This document shows, piece by piece, positions 38,096 through 55,100 of a DNA stretch of 64,000 bases (positions are counted from its first letter, which is position 1; the number at the start of each line of letters is the position of its first letter). The position numbers were made by a program, and so were the translations under genes. Under the pieces are notes generated by a model, which searched no databases, was not told where the DNA came from, and saw nothing but the letters and a program-made list of their open reading frames with translations. This DNA comes from Nemertoderma westbladi (lineage: Eukaryota; Animalia; Xenacoelomorpha), in NCBI GenBank assembly GCA_032718475.1, contig JAUCBJ010007580.1, forward strand, positions 62,001-126,000, written 5' to 3'.

Positions 38096-39174
38096 GTTAG
38101 TTTTGTAATAATGCCACATTATTCTGTGAATTTGTTTAAACTGTAAGTTTTAGATATGATAATTTTATTGATGCTTGTGTACAAATGTATAGTATAATCA
38201 AGATGTCTGTAAATATAGAAGAAAGTGGATATAGAAAATAGACACATCCTTCAAAACTAGAAATAATTTAGCCCGTTTTAAAGATTTCTATGTCATTTAT
38301 AATAGATAACCTCACATCTAATCATGGTGATATCCTTACAAATTGACCTAACAGTCAATTATCACCTAGTTGATCTGGTTACTCTAGTTCGACACAGTCT
38401 GTTAGTTTCTTAGATTAGGGGGCAGTAGTGGCCTCATGGCATTTGTGACCTCGGGCACTAATAATGTTTCAAGATTTTGTGGCCGGTGTGCAGTAGAGTA
38501 ACACTTACCTCGAATACTATTCATTATTCATCCTTCTCTTGAAATTTGTTATGTTGTTTTAGTGAACAAAATGTTCTCTGAATGTTACAATAAACTTTGC
38601 TAAACTGTATGGCAAAGGATCAATCGCTTTGTGATTCACCCCACTCCTGCACTCCCCACATACACGGAGTGAATGGTTGGCAACCGCGCTAAGGTGGTAG
38701 ATGCTTTGATTCTGCCAAGTTGATTCTCTGTGAGAAAAAAAGAAAAAAAAAAACAACAATAATATGGTATTTTATTTATTTGTGTGGAATTAATTTCGCA
38801 CTACCAAATAGCCAGGGCGGCATATTTTCCAGCTTTATATCGCAGTGCGACATTATTTCTCAGTTATGCCCCTACGCCATACATTTACTATGTATTTCAA
38901 GTATATCCAATATATCCAGTATGTCACCGCGTCATTATTAGGTTGTTCTAGAAAGTTTAAGTGCATAACTACAAATAATTCCGTACAAATTAATAAAATT
39001 AGATTCGCCATTGTTCATAATTACCACATTAAAGCTTTTACGGTCCTCGTTCTATTACTTCTAAACAAACTCACTTGTGCTGTAACGCTTTAAAGTGCTA
39101 TTTTATGAACAATGACGTATATAGTTATTTCAGCGATTAAAACTAAATTCTCTATTGTAATATTTTTTTTATAG

Positions 39175-39306
39175 CCTGCTTGCAACTTCCCGATGTAACA
39201 CCATGGTGTTCTGGGTGGGCATTCGCGGGCGAATGTGTAGCGAACCCTGGTTATATGAATATCGACTGTCAGACATCCTGTAACATTTGTGGAACATCAC
39301 CACCCC
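39175..39306 (+). CDS. Exon: ShK domain 2
   Basis: TTTTATAG acceptor, GTTAGT donor, 132 nt, phase 1-1. PCLQLPDVTPWCSGWAFAGECVANPGYMNIDCQTSCNICGTSPP. Confidence 0.93.
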
Positions 39307-39456
39307 GTTAGTTAAATACAATGTTTGATAAATATTACATTTATGGTGTTCTGTATTGCTTAAATACTATTTTGTCTGGAATGATATGGTTTTAGGTCTA
39401 CAATATCAACTTTAATCTTTAAATAATAACTTTATTTGACTACTAAACATGTTCTT

Positions 39457-39738
39457 CTATGGTACAATACCACCTGTATCAACCACCCTCCGTGAACGCA
39501 GATTAAGATCCAGTGGGCCCTGCTGAAGAAGTAAAGACGAGGTCATATCAGATCCACTTTTCTGGCAACCGATTAATGGAAAGCGTAGTCGTGGACGACC
39601 GGCCATAACATATATAGATCTACTTAAAGGGGATACTGAACTTGGGAGAAATGAAATTGCGACAACTATGGAGAATCGGGAAGCCTGGAAGGATCTCATT
39701 TCCACTGTCCGAGTTTTTCTCGACCTAGTAGTAGTAGT
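39457..39738 (+). mobile_element. 3' fragment of an RTE-clade LINE in an intron
   Basis: Encodes LFWQPINGKRSRGRPAITYIDLLKGD..MENREAW, the RTE C-terminal motif. Has a (TAG)n tail and flanking AAA.ATGTTCT direct repeats. Confidence 0.8.
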
Positions 39739-39911
39739 AAAAATGTTCTAAAAGTCTACCCATATAACAAATATTGGTAAAAATGAGAAGCATCCATGCA
39801 TATGACTCGTTTGGGATGTATTTTAAAATATATAATTAAATTAATTGCGATCACTGAACTACACTGCATAGCATAGCATAATTATTATTTTAATTTCTTT
39901 GTGTTTTTCAG

Positions 39912-40046
39912 TCTGCATTGAAGACGCTGATTTTGATACCAACTCTTGTGTCTATTGGGCCCACCACCAAGGGCAATGCGAAGCTAACCCAGTGTACATG
40001 TACTCTTTTTGTCAGACAAGTTGCGACAAATGTGGCAATGGGCCGT
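39912..40046 (+). CDS. Exon: ShK domain 3 (gene continues beyond window)
   Basis: TTTTTCAG acceptor, GTAAGT donor, 135 nt, phase 1-1. LCIEDADFDTNSCVYWAHHQGQCEANPVYMYSFCQTSCDKCGNGP. Confidence 0.92.
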
Positions 40047-40117
40047 GTAAGTATTGCCAGAACGCCGGATAGAAGTACTCTGACTTTAAGTCCAATTATT
40101 ATTATTATAGTTGTGAT

Positions 40118-43100
40118 ATTTATAGAAAGAACCCTGGATACACTGACCCACATTCCTTTTTATAATTTATATAAAGAACCCTGGATACACTGACCCACGC
40201 CTTTTTATAATTTATAGAAAGAACCGGATACACTGACCCACACCTTTTTATAATTTATAGAAAGAACCATGGATACACTGACACACACCTTTTTATAATT
40301 TATATAAAGAACCCTGGATACACTGACACACACCTTTTTATAATTTATAGAAAGAACCATGGATACACTGACACACACCTTTTTATAATTTATATAAAGA
40401 AACCCTGGATACACTGACACACACATTTTTATAATTTATAGAAAGAACCATGGATACACTGACACACACCTTTTTATAATTTATATAAAGAACCCTGGAT
40501 ACACTGACCCACACCTTTTTATAATTTATAGAAAGAACCATGGATACACTGACCCACACCTTTTTATAATTTATAGAAAGAACCATGGATACACTGACAC
40601 ACACCTTTTTATAATTTATAGAAAGAACCCTGGATACACTGACCCACACCTTTTTATAATTTATAGAAAGAACCATGGATACACTGACACACACCTTTTT
40701 ATAATTTATAGAAAGAACCATGGATACACTGACACACACCTTTTTATAATTTATATAAAGAACCCTGGATACACTGACACACACCTTTTTATAATTTATA
40801 GAAAGAACCATGGATACACTGACCCACACCTTTTTATAATTTATAGAAAGAACCATGGATACACTGACACACACCTTTTTATAATTTATAGAAAGAACCC
40901 TGGATACACTGACCCACACCTTTTTATAATTTATAGAAAGAACCATGGATACACTGACACACACCTTTTTATAATTTATAGAAAGAACCATGGATAGACT
41001 GACACACACCTTTTTATAATTTATATAAAGAACCCTGGATACACTGACACACACCTTTTTATAATTTATAGAAAGAACCATGGATACACTGACCCACACC
41101 TTTTTATAATTTATAGAAAGAACCATGGATACACTGACACACACCTTTTTATAATTTATAGAAAGAACCCTGGATACACTGACCCACACCTTTTTATAAT
41201 TTATAGAAAGAACCCTGGATACACTGACCCACACCTTTTTATAATTTATATAAAGAACCCTGGATACACTGACACACACCTTTTTAAGATTTATAGAAAG
41301 AACCCTGGATACACTGACCCACACCTTTTTATAATTTATAGTAAGAACCCTGGATACACTGACCCACACCTTTTTATAATTTATATAAAGAACCCTGGAT
41401 ACACTGACACACACCTTTTTATGATTTATAGAAAGAACCCTGGATACACTGACCCACACCTTTTTATAATTTATAGAAAGAACCCTGGATACACTGACCC
41501 ACACCTTTTTATAATTTATAGAAAGAACCCTGGATACACTAACCCACATACCTTTTTAAGATTTATAGAAAGAACCCTGGATACACTGACCCACACCTTT
41601 TTATAATTTATAGTAAGAACCCTGGATACACTGACACACACCTTTTTAAGATTTATAGAAAGAACCCTGGATACACTGACACACACCTTTTTATAATTTA
41701 TAGAAAGAACCCTGGATACACTGACCCACACCTTTTTATAATTTATAGTAAGAACCCTGGATACACTGACCCACACCTTTTTATAATTTATAGAAAGAAC
41801 CCTGGATACACTGACCCACACCTTTTTATAATTTATAGAAAGAACCCTGGATACACTGACCCACACCTTTTTATAATTTATATAAAGAACCCTGGATACA
41901 CTGACACACACCTTTTTATAATTTATATAAAGAACCCTGGATACACTGACACACACCTTTTTAAGATTTATAGAAAGAACCCTGGATACACTGACCCACA
42001 CCTTTTTATAATTTATAGTAAGAACCCTGGATACACTGACCCACACCTTTTTATAATTTATAGAAAGAACCATGGATACACTGACCCACACCTTTTTATA
42101 ATTTATAGAAAGAACCATGGATACACTGACACACACCTTTTTATAATTTATAGAAAGAACCCTGGATACACTGACCCACACCTTTTTATAATTTATAGAA
42201 AGAACCATGGATACACTGACACACACCTTTTTATAATTTATATAAAGAACCCTGGATACACTGACACACACCTTTTTATAATTTATAGAAAGAACCATGG
42301 ATACACTGACCCACACCTTTTTATAATTTATAGAAAGAACCATGGATACACTGACACACACCTTTTTATAATTTATAGAAAGAACCCTGGATACACTGAC
42401 CCACACCTTTTTATAATTTATAGAAAGAACCATGGATACACTGACACACACCTTTTTATAATTTATAGAAAGAACCATGGATACACTGACACACACCTTT
42501 TTATAATTTATATAAAGAACCCTGGATACACTGACACACACCTTTTTATAATTTATAGAAAGAACCATGGATACACTGACCCACACCTTTTTATAATTTA
42601 TAGAAAGAACCATGGATACACTGACACACACCTTTTTATAATTTATAGAAAGAACCCTGGATACACTGACCCACACCTTTTTATAATTTATAGAAAGAAC
42701 CCTGGATACACTGACCCACACCTTTTTATAATTTATATAAAGAACCCTGGATACACTGACACACACCTTTTTAAGATTTATAGAAAGAACCCTGGATACA
42801 CTGACCCACACCTTTTTATAATTTATAGTAAGAACCCTGGATACACTGACCCACACCTTTTTATAATTTATATAAAGAACCCTGGATACACTGACACACA
42901 TCTTTTTATGATTTATAGAAAGAACCCTGGATACACTGACCCACACCTTTTTATAATTTATAGAAAGAACCCTGGATACACTGACCCACACCTTTTTATA
43001 ATTTATAGAAAGAACCCTGGATACACTGACCCACACCTTTTTATAATTTATATAAAGAACCCTGGATACACTGACACACACCTTTTTAAGATTTATAGAA

Positions 43101-46100
43101 AGAACCCTGGATACACTGACCCACACCTTTTTATAATTTATAGTAAGAACCCTGGATACACTGACCCACACCTTTTTATAATTTATAGAAAGAACCCTGG
43201 ATACACTAACCCACATACCTTTTTAAGATTTATAGAAAGAACCCTGGATACACTGACCCACACCTTTTTATAATTTATAGTAAGAACCCTGGATACACTG
43301 ACACACACCTTTTTAAGATTTATAGAAAGAACCCTGGATACACTGACACACACCTTTTTATAATTTATAGAAAGAACCGTGGATACACTGACCCACACCT
43401 TTTTATAATTTATAGTAAGAACCCTGGATACACTGACCCACACCTTTTTATAATTTATAGAAAGAACCCTGGATACACTGACCCACACCTTTTTATAATT
43501 TATAGAAAGAACCCTGGATACACTGACCCACACCTTTTTATAATTTATATAAAGAACCCTGGATACACTGACACACACCTTTTTATAATTTATATAAAGA
43601 ACCCTGGATACACTGACACACACCTTTTTAAGATTTATAGAAAGAACATTGGATACACTGACCCACACCTTTTTATAATTTATAGTAAGAACCCTGGATA
43701 CACTGACCCACACCTTTTTATAATTTATAGAAAGAACCCTGGATACACTGACACACACCTTTTTAAGATTTATAGAAAGAACCCTGGATACACTGACCCA
43801 CACCTTTTTATAATTTATATAAAGAACCCTGGATACACTGACACACACCTTTTTATAATTTATAGAAAGAACCATGGATACACTGACACACACCTTTTTA
43901 TAATTTATAGAAGAACCCTGGATACACTGACCCACACCTTTTTATAATTTATATAAAGAACCCTGGATACACTGACACACACCTTTTTAAGATTTATAGA
44001 AAGAACCCTGGATACACTGACACACACCTTTTTATAATTTATATAAAGAACCCTGGATACACTGACACACACCTTTTTATAATTTATAGAAAGAACCATG
44101 GATACACTGACACACACCTTTTTAAGATTTATAGAAAGAACCCTGGATACACTGACCCACACCTTTTTATAATTTATAGAAAGAACCCTGGATACACTAA
44201 CCCACACCTTTTTATAATTTATATAAAGAACCCTGGATACACTGACACACACCTTTTTATAATTTATAGAAAGAACCCTGGATACACTGACCCACACCTT
44301 TTTATAATTTATATAAAGAACCCTGGATACACTGACACACACCTTTTTATAATCTATAGAAAGAACCCTGGATACACTGACCCACACCTTTTTATAATTT
44401 ATATAAAGAACCCTGGATACACTGACACACACCTTTTTAAGATTTATAGAAAGAACCCTGGATACACTGACCCACACCTTTTTATAATTTATAGAAAGAA
44501 CCCTGGATACACTGACCCACATACCTTTTTATAATTTATATAAAGAACCCTGGATACACTGACACACACCTTTTTATAATTTATAGAAAGAACCCTGGAT
44601 ACACTGACCCACACCTTTTTATAATTTATATAAAGAACCCTGGATACACTGACACACACCTTTTTATAATTTATAGAAAGAACCCTGGATACACTGACCC
44701 ACATACCTTTTTATAATTTATATAAAGAACCCTGGATACACTGACACACACCTTTTTATAATTTATAGAAAGAACCCTGGATACACTGACCCACACCTTT
44801 TTATAATTTATATAAAGAACCCTGGATACACTGACACACACCTTTTTAAGATTTATAGAAAGAACCCTGGATACACTGACCCACACCTTTTTATAATTTA
44901 TAGAAAGAACCCTGGATACACTGACACACACCTTTTTAAGATTTATAGAAAGAACCCTGGATACACTGACCCACACCTTTTTATAATTTATAGAAAGAAC
45001 CCTGGATACACTGACACACACCTTTTTATAATTTATATAAAGAACCCTGGAGACACTGACACACACCTTTTTAAGATTTATAGAAAGAACCCTGGATACA
45101 CTGACCCACACCTTTTTATAATTTATATAAAGAACCCTGGATACACTGACACACACCTTTTTAAGATTTATAGAAAGAACCCTGGATACACTGACCCACA
45201 CCTTTTTATAATTTATAGAAAGAACCCTGGATACACTGACACACACCTTTTTAAGATTTATAGAAAGAACCCTGGATACACTGACACACACCTTTTTATA
45301 ATTTATAGAAAGAACCCTGGATACACTGACACACACCTTTTTATAATTTATATAAAGAACCCTGGATACACTGACACACACCTTTTTAAGATTTATAGAA
45401 AGAACCCTGGATACACTGACCCACACCTTTTTATAATTTATAGAAAGAACCCTGGATACACTGACACACACCTTTTTATAATTTATATAAAGAACCCTGG
45501 ATACACTGACACACACCTTTTTAAGATTTATAGATTGAACCCTGGATACACTGACCCACACCTTTTTATAATTTATAGAAAGAACCATGGATACACTGAC
45601 ACACACCTTTTTATAATTTATAGAAAGAACCCTGGATACACTGACCCACACCTTTTTATAATTTATAGAAAGAACCATGGATACACTGACACACACCTTT
45701 TTATAATTTATAGAAAGAACCATGGATACACTGACACACACCTTTTTATAATTTATATAAAGAACCCTGGATACACTGACACACACCTTTTTATAATTTA
45801 TAGAAAGAACCATGGATACACTGACCCACACCTTTTTATAATTTATATAAAGAACCCTGGATACACTGACACACACCTTTTTATAATTTATAGAAAGAAC
45901 CCTGGATACACTGACCCACACCTTTTTATAATTTATAGAAAGAACCCTGGATACACTGACCCACACCTTTTTATAATTTATATAAAGAACCCTGGATACA
46001 CTGACACACACCTTTTTAAGATTTATAGAAAGAACCCTGGATACACTGACCCACACCTTTTTATAATTTATAGTAAGAACCCTGGATACACTGACCCACA

Positions 46101-49100
46101 CCTTTTTATAATTTATATAAAGAACCCTGGATACACTGACACACATCTTTTTATGATTTATAGAAAGAACCCTGGATACACTGACCCACACCTTTTTATA
46201 ATTTATAGAAAGAACCCTGGATACACTGACCCACACCTTTTTATAATTTATAGAAAGAACCCTGGATACACTGACCCACACCTTTTTATAATTTATATAA
46301 AGAACCCTGGATACACTGACACACACCTTTTTAAGATTTATAGAAAGAACCCTGGATACACTGACCCACACCTTTTTATAATTTATAGTAAGAACCCTGG
46401 ATACACTGACCCACACCTTTTTATAATTTATAGAAAGAACCCTGGATACACTAACCCACATACCTTTTTAAGATTTATAGAAAGAACCCTGGATACACTG
46501 ACCCACACCTTTTTATAATTTATAGTAAGAACCCTGGATACACTGACACACACCTTTTTAAGATTTATAGAAAGAACCCTGGATACACTGACACACACCT
46601 TTTTATAATTTATAGAAAGAACCCTGGATACACTGACCCACACCTTTTTATAATTTATAGTAAGAACCCTGGATACACTGACCCACACCTTTTTATAATT
46701 TATAGAAAGAACCCTGGATACACTGACCCACACCTTTTTATAATTTATAGAAAGAACCCTGGATACACTGACCCACACCTTTTTATAATTTATATAAAGA
46801 ACCCTGGATACACTGACACACACCTTTTTATAATTTATATAAAGAACCCTGGATACACTGACACACACCTTTTTAAGATTTATAGAAAGAACCCTGGATA
46901 CACTGACCCACACCTTTTTATAATTTATAGTAAGAACCCTGGATACACTGACCCACACCTTTTTATAATTTATAGAAAGAACCCTGGATACACTGACACA
47001 CACCTTTTTAAGATTTATAGAAAGAATCCTGGATACACTGACCCACACCTTTTTATAATTTATATAAAGAACCCTGGATACACTGACACACACCTTTTTA
47101 TAATTTATAGAAAGAACCATGGATACACTGACACACACCTTTTTATAATTTATAGAAAGAACCCTGGATACACTGACCCACACCTTTTTATAATTTATAT
47201 AAAGAACCCTGGATACACTGACACACACCTTTTTAAGATTTATAGAAAGAACCCTGGATACACTGACACACACCTTTTTATAATTTATATAAAGAACCCT
47301 GGATACACTGACACACACCTTTTTATAATTTATAGAAAGAACCATGGATACACTGACACACACCTTTTTAAGATTTATAGAAAGAACCCTGGATACACTG
47401 ACCCACACCTTTTTATAATTTATAGAAAGAACCCTGGATACACTGACCCACACCTTTTTATAATTTATATAAAGAACCCTGGATACACTGACACACACCT
47501 TTTTATAATTTATAGAAAGAACCCTGGATACACTGACCCACACCTTTTTATAATTTATATAAAGAACCCTGGATACACTGACACACACCTTTTTATAATC
47601 TATAGAAAGAACCCTGGATACACTGACCCACACCTTTTTATAATTTATATAAAGAACCCTGGATACACTGACACACACCTTTTTAAGATTTATAGAAAGA
47701 ACCCTGGATACACTGACCCACACCTTTTTATAATTTATAGAAAGAACCCTGGATACACTGACCCACATACCTTTTTATAATTTATATAAAGAACCCTGGA
47801 TACACTGACACACACCTTTTTATAATTTATAGAAAGAACCCTGGATACACTGACCCACACCTTTTTATAATTTATATAAAGAACCCTGGATACACTGACA
47901 CACACCTTTTTATAATTTATAGAAAGAACCCTGGATACACTGACCCACATACCTTTTTATAATTTATATAAAGAACCCTGGATACACTGACACACACCTT
48001 TTTATAATTTATAGAAAGAACCCTGGATACACTGACCCACACCTTTTTATAATTTATATAAAGAACCCTGGATACACTGACACACACCTTTTTAAGATTT
48101 ATAGAAAGAACCCTGGATACACTGACCCACACCTTTTTATAATTTATAGAAAGAACCCTGGATACACTGACACACACCTTTTTAAGATTTATAGAAAGAA
48201 CCCTGGATACACTGACCCACACCTTTTTATAATTTATAGAAAGAACCCTGGATACACTGACACACACCTTTTTATAATTTATATAAAGAACCCTGGATAC
48301 ACTGACACACACCTTTTTAAGATTTATAGAAAGAACCCTGGATACACTGACCCACACCTTTTTATAATTTATATAAAGAACCCTGGATACACTGACACAC
48401 ACCTTTTTAAGATTTATAGAAAGAACCCTGGATACACTGACCCACACCTTTTTATAATTTATAGAAAGAACCCTGGATACACTGACACACACCTTTTTAA
48501 GATTTATAGAAAGAACCCTGGATACACTGACACACACCTTTTTATAATTTATATAAAGAACCCTGGATACACTGACACACACCTTTTTAAGATTTATAGA
48601 AAGAACCCTGGATACACTGACCCACACCTTTTTATAATTTATAGAAAGAACCCTGGATACACTGACACACACCTTTTTATAATTTATATAAAGAACCCTG
48701 GATACACTGACACACACCTTTTTAAGATTTATAGAAAGAACCCTGGATACACTGACCCACACCTTTTTATAATTTATAGAAAGAACCCTGGATACACTGA
48801 CCCACACCTTTTTATAATTTATATAAAGAACCCTGGATACACTGACACACACCTTTTTAAGATTTATAGAAAGAACCCTGGATACACTGACCCACACCTT
48901 TTTATAATTTATAGAAAGAACCCTGGATACACTGACCCACACCTTTTTATAATTTATATAAAGAACCCTGGATACACTGACACACACGTCTTTATAATTT
49001 ATAGAAAGAACCCTGGATACACTGACCCACACCTTTTTAAGATTTATAGAAAGAACCCTGGATACACTGACCCACACCTTTTTATAATTTATAGAAAGAA

Positions 49101-52100
49101 CCCTGGATACACTGACCCACACCTTTTTATAATTTATATAAAGAACCCTGGATACACTGACACACACCTTTTTATAATTTATAGAAAGAACCCTGGATAC
49201 ACTGACACACACCTTTTTAAGATTTATAGAAAGAACCCTGGATACACTGACCCACACCTTTTTATAATTTATAGAAAGAACCCTGGATACACTGACCCAC
49301 ACCTTTTTATAATTTATATAAAGAACCCTGGATACACTGACACACACCTTTTTATAATTTTTAGGAAGAACCCTGGATACACTGACACACACCTTTTTAA
49401 GATTTATAGAAAGAACCCTGGATACACTGACACACACCTGTTTAAGATTTATAGAAAGAACCCTGGATACACTGACCCACACCTTTTTATAATTTATAGA
49501 AAGAACCCTGGATACACTGACCCACACCTTTTTATAATTTATATAAAGAACCCTGGATACACTGACACACACCTTTTTAAGATTTATAGAAAGAACCCTG
49601 GATACACTGACCCACACCTTTTTATAATTTATAGAAAGAACCCTGGATACACTGACCCACACCTTTTTATAATTAAGGAACCCTGGATACACTGACACAC
49701 ACCTTTTTATAATTTATAGAAAGAACCCTGGATACACTGACCCACACCTTTTTAAGATTTATAGAAAGAACCCTGGATACACTGACCCACACCTTTTTAT
49801 AATTTATAGAAAGAACCCTGGATACACTGACCCACACCTTTTTATAATTTATATAAAGAACCCTGGATACACTGACACACACCTTTTTATAATTTATATA
49901 AAGAACCCTGGATACACTGACCCACACCTTTGTAAGATTTATAGAAAGAACCCTGGATACACTGACCCACACCTTTATATAATTTATAGAAAGAACCCTG
50001 GATACACTGACCCACACCTTTTTATAATTTATATAAAGAACCCTGGATACACTGACACACACCTTTTTATAATTTATAGAAAGAACCCTGGATACACTGA
50101 CCCACACCTTTTTATAATTTATATAAAGAACCCTGGATACACTGACCCACGCCTTTTTATAATTTATAGAAAGAACCCTGGATACACTGACCCACACCTT
50201 TTTATAATTTATATAAAGAACCCTGGATACACTGACACACACCTTTTTATAATTTATAGAAAGAACCCTGGATACACTGACCCACACCTTTTTATAATTT
50301 ATATAAAGAACCCTGGATACACTGACACACACCTTTTTAAGATTTATAGAAAGAACCCTGGATACACTGACCCACACCTTTTTATAATTTATAGTAAGAA
50401 CCCTGGATACACTGACCCACACCTTTTTATAATTTATAGAAAGAACCCTGGATACACTGACACACACCTTTTTAAGATTTATATAAAGAACCCTGGATAC
50501 ACTGACACACACCTTTTTAAGATTTATAGAAAGAACCCTGGATACACTGACCCACACCTTTTTATAATTTATAGAAAGAACCCTGGATACACTGACCCAC
50601 ACCTTTTTATAATTTATATAAAGAACCCTGGATACACTGACACACACCTTTTTATAATTTATAGAAAGAACCCTGGATACACTGACCCACACCTTTTTAA
50701 GATTTATAGAAAGAACCCTGGATACACTGACCCACACCTTTTTATAATTTATAGAAAGAACCCTGGATACACTGACCCACACCTTTTTATAATTTATATA
50801 AAGAACCCTGGATACACTGACACACACCTTTTTATAATTTATAGAAAGAACCCTGGATACACTGACACACACCTTTTTAAGATTTATAGAAAGAACCCTG
50901 GATACACTGACCCACACCTTTTTATAATTTATAGAAAGAACCCTGGATACACTGACCCACACCTTTTTATAATTTATATAAAGAACCCTGGATACACTGA
51001 CACACACCTTTTTATAATTTATAGGAAGAACCCTGGATACACTGACACACACCTTTTTAAGATTTATAGAAAGAACCCTGGATACACTGACCCACACCTT
51101 TTTATAATTTATAGAAAGAACCCTGGATACACTGACCCACACCTTTTTATAATTTATATAAAGAACCCTGGATACACTGACACACACCTTTTTAAGATTT
51201 ATAGAAAGAACCCTGGATACACTGACCCACACCTTTTTATAATTTATAGAAAGAACCCTGGATACACTGACCCACACCTTTTTATAATTTATATAAAGAA
51301 CCCTGGATACACTGACACACACCTTTTTATAATTTTTAGAAAGAACCCTGGATACACTGACCCACACCTTTTTAAGATTTATAGAAAGAACCCTGGATAC
51401 ACTGACCCACACCTTTTTATAATTTATAGAAAGAACCCTGGATACACTGACCCACACCTTTTTATAATTTATATAAAGAACCCTGGATACACTGACACAC
51501 ACCTTTTTATAATTTATAGAAAAAACCCTGGATACACTGACACACACCTTTTTAAGATTTATAGAAAGAACCCTGGATACACTGACCCACACCTTTTTAT
51601 AATTTATAGAAAGAACCCTGGATACACTGACCCACACCTTTTTATAATTTATATAAAGAACCCTGGATACACTGACACACACCTTTTTATAATTTATAGA
51701 AAGAACCCTGGATACACTGACCCACACCTTTTTAAGATTTATAGAAAGAACCCTGGATACACTGACCCACACCTTTTTATAATTTATAGAAAGAACCCTG
51801 GATACACTGACCCACACCTTTTTATAATTTATATAAAGAACCCTGGATACACTGACACACACCTTTTTATAATTTATATAAAGAACCCTGGATACACTGA
51901 CACACACCTTTTTAAGATTTATAGAAAGAACCCTGGATACACTGACCCACACCTTTTTATGATTTATAGAAAGAACCCTGGATACACTGACCCACACCTT
52001 TTTATAATTTATAGAAAGAACCCTGGATACACTGACCCACACCTTTTTATAATTTATAGAAAGAACCCTGGATACACTAACCCACATACCTTTTTAAGAT

Positions 52101-55100
52101 TTATAGAAAGAACCCTGGATACACTGACCCACACCTTTTTATAATTTATAGTAAGAACCCTGGATACACTGACACACACCTTTTTAAGATTTATAGAAAG
52201 AACCCTGGATACACTGACACACACCTTTTTATAATTTATAGAAAGAACCCTGGATACACTGACCCACACCTTTTTATAATTTATAGTAAGAACCCTGGAT
52301 ACACTGACCCACACCTTTTTATAATTTATAGAAAGAACCCTGGATACACTGACCCACACCTTTTTATAATTTATAGAAAGAACCCTGGATACACTGACCC
52401 ACACCTTTTTATAATTTATATAAAGAACCCTGGATACACTGACACACACCTTTTTATAATTTATATAAAGAACCCTGGATACACTGACACACACCTTTTT
52501 AAGATTTATAGAAAGAACCCTGGATACACTGACCCACACCTTTTTATAATTTATAGTAAGAACCCTGGATACACTGACCCACACCTTTTTATAATTTATA
52601 GAAAGAACCATGGATACACTGACCCACACCTTTTTATAATTTATAGAAAGAACCATGGATACACTGACACACACCTTTTTATAATTTATAGAAAGAACCC
52701 TGGATACACTGACCCACACCTTTTTATAATTTATAGAAAGAACCATGGATACACTGACACACACCTTTTTATAATTTATATAAAGAACCCTGGATACACT
52801 GACACACACCTTTTTATAATTTATAGAAAGAACCATGGATACACTGACCCACACCTTTTTATAATTTATAGAAAGAACCATGGATACACTGACACACACC
52901 TTTTTATAATTTATAGAAAGAACCCTGGATACACTGACCCACACCTTTTTATAATTTATAGAAAGAACCATGGATACACTGACACACACCTTTTTATAAT
53001 TTATAGAAAGAACCATGGATACACTGACACACACCTTTTTATAATTTATATAAAGAACCCTGGATACACTGACACACACCTTTTTATAATTTATAGAAAG
53101 AACCATGGATACACTGACCCACACCTTTTTATAATTTATAGAAAGAACCATGGATACACTGACACACACCTTTTTATAATTTATAGAAAGAACCCTGGAT
53201 ACACTGACCCACACCTTTTTATAATTTATAGAAAGAACCCTGGATACACTGACCCACACCTTTTTATAATTTATATAAAGAACCCTGGATACACTGACAC
53301 ACACCTTTTTAAGATTTATAGAAAGAACCCTGGATACACTGACCCACACCTTTTTATAATTTATAGTAAGAACCCTGGATACACTGACCCACACCTTTTT
53401 ATAATTTATATAAAGAACCCTGGATACACTGACACACATCTTTTTATGATTTATAGAAAGAACCCTGGATACACTGACCCACACCTTTTTATAATTTATA
53501 GAAAGAACCCTGGATACACTGACCCACACCTTTTTATAATTTATAGAAAGAACCCTGGATACACTGACCCACACCTTTTTATAATTTATATAAAGAACCC
53601 TGGATACACTGACACACACCTTTTTAAGATTTATAGAAAGAACCCTGGATACACTGACCCACACCTTTTTATAATTTATAGTAAGAACCCTGGATACACT
53701 GACCCACACCTTTTTATAATTTATAGAAAGAACCCTGGATACACTAACCCACATACCTTTTTAAGATTTATAGAAAGAACCCTGGATACACTGACCCACA
53801 CCTTTTTATAATTTATAGTAAGAACCCTGGATACACTGACACACACCTTTTTAAGATTTATAGAAAGAACCCTGGATACACTGACACACACCTTTTTATA
53901 ATTTATAGAAAGAACCCTGGATACACTGACCCACACCTTTTTATAATTTATAGTAAGAACCCTGGATACACTGACCCACACCTTTTTATAATTTATAGAA
54001 AGAACCCTGGATACACTGACCCACACCTTTTTATAATTTATAGAAAGAACCCTGGATACACTGACCCACACCTTTTTATAATTTATATAAAGAACCCTGG
54101 ATACACTGACACACACCTTTTTATAATTTATATAAAGAACCCTGGATACACTGACACACACCTTTTTAAGATTTATAGAAAGAACCCTGGATACACTGAC
54201 CCACACCTTTTTATAATTTATAGTAAGAACCCTGGATACACTGACCCACACCTTTTTATAATTTATAGAAAGAACCCTGGATACACTGACACACACCTTT
54301 TTAAGATTTATAGAAAGAACCCTGGATACACTGACCCACACCTTTTTATAATTTATATAAAGAACCCTGGATACACTGACACACACCTTTTTATAATTTA
54401 TAGAAAGAACCATGGATACACTGACACACACCTTTTTATAATTTATAGAAAGAACCCTGGATACACTGACCCACACCTTTTTATAATTTATATAAAGAAC
54501 CCTGGATACACTGACACACACCTTTTTAAGATTTATAGAAAGAACCCTGGATACACTGACACACACCTTTTTATAATTTATATAAAGAACCCTGGATACA
54601 CTGACACACACCTTTTTATAATTTATAGAAAGAACCATGGATACACTGACACACACCTTTTTAAGATTTATAGAAAGAACCCTGGATACACTGACCCACA
54701 CCTTTTTATAATTTATAGAAAGAACCCTGGATACACTAACCCACACCTTTTTATAATTTATATAAAGAACCCTGGATACACTGACACACACCTTTTTATA
54801 ATTTATAGAAAGAACCCTGGATACACTGACCCACACCTTTTTATAATTTATATAAAGAACCCTGGATACACTGACACACACCTTTTTATAATCTATAGAA
54901 AGAACCCTGGATACACTGACCCACACCTTTTTATAATTTATATAAAGAACCCTGGATACACTGACACACACCTTTTTAAGATTTATAGAAAGAACCCTGG
55001 ATACACTGACCCACACCTTTTTATAATTTATAGAAAGAACCCTGGATACACTGACCCACGCCTTTTTATAATTTATAGAAAGAACCCTGGATACACTGAC

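Noticed and set aside
38418-38730. tRNA-derived SINE or tRNA gene
   Set aside because: An A-box-like TGGCCTCATGG is present, but I could not recognise a B-box, cloverleaf or tail.
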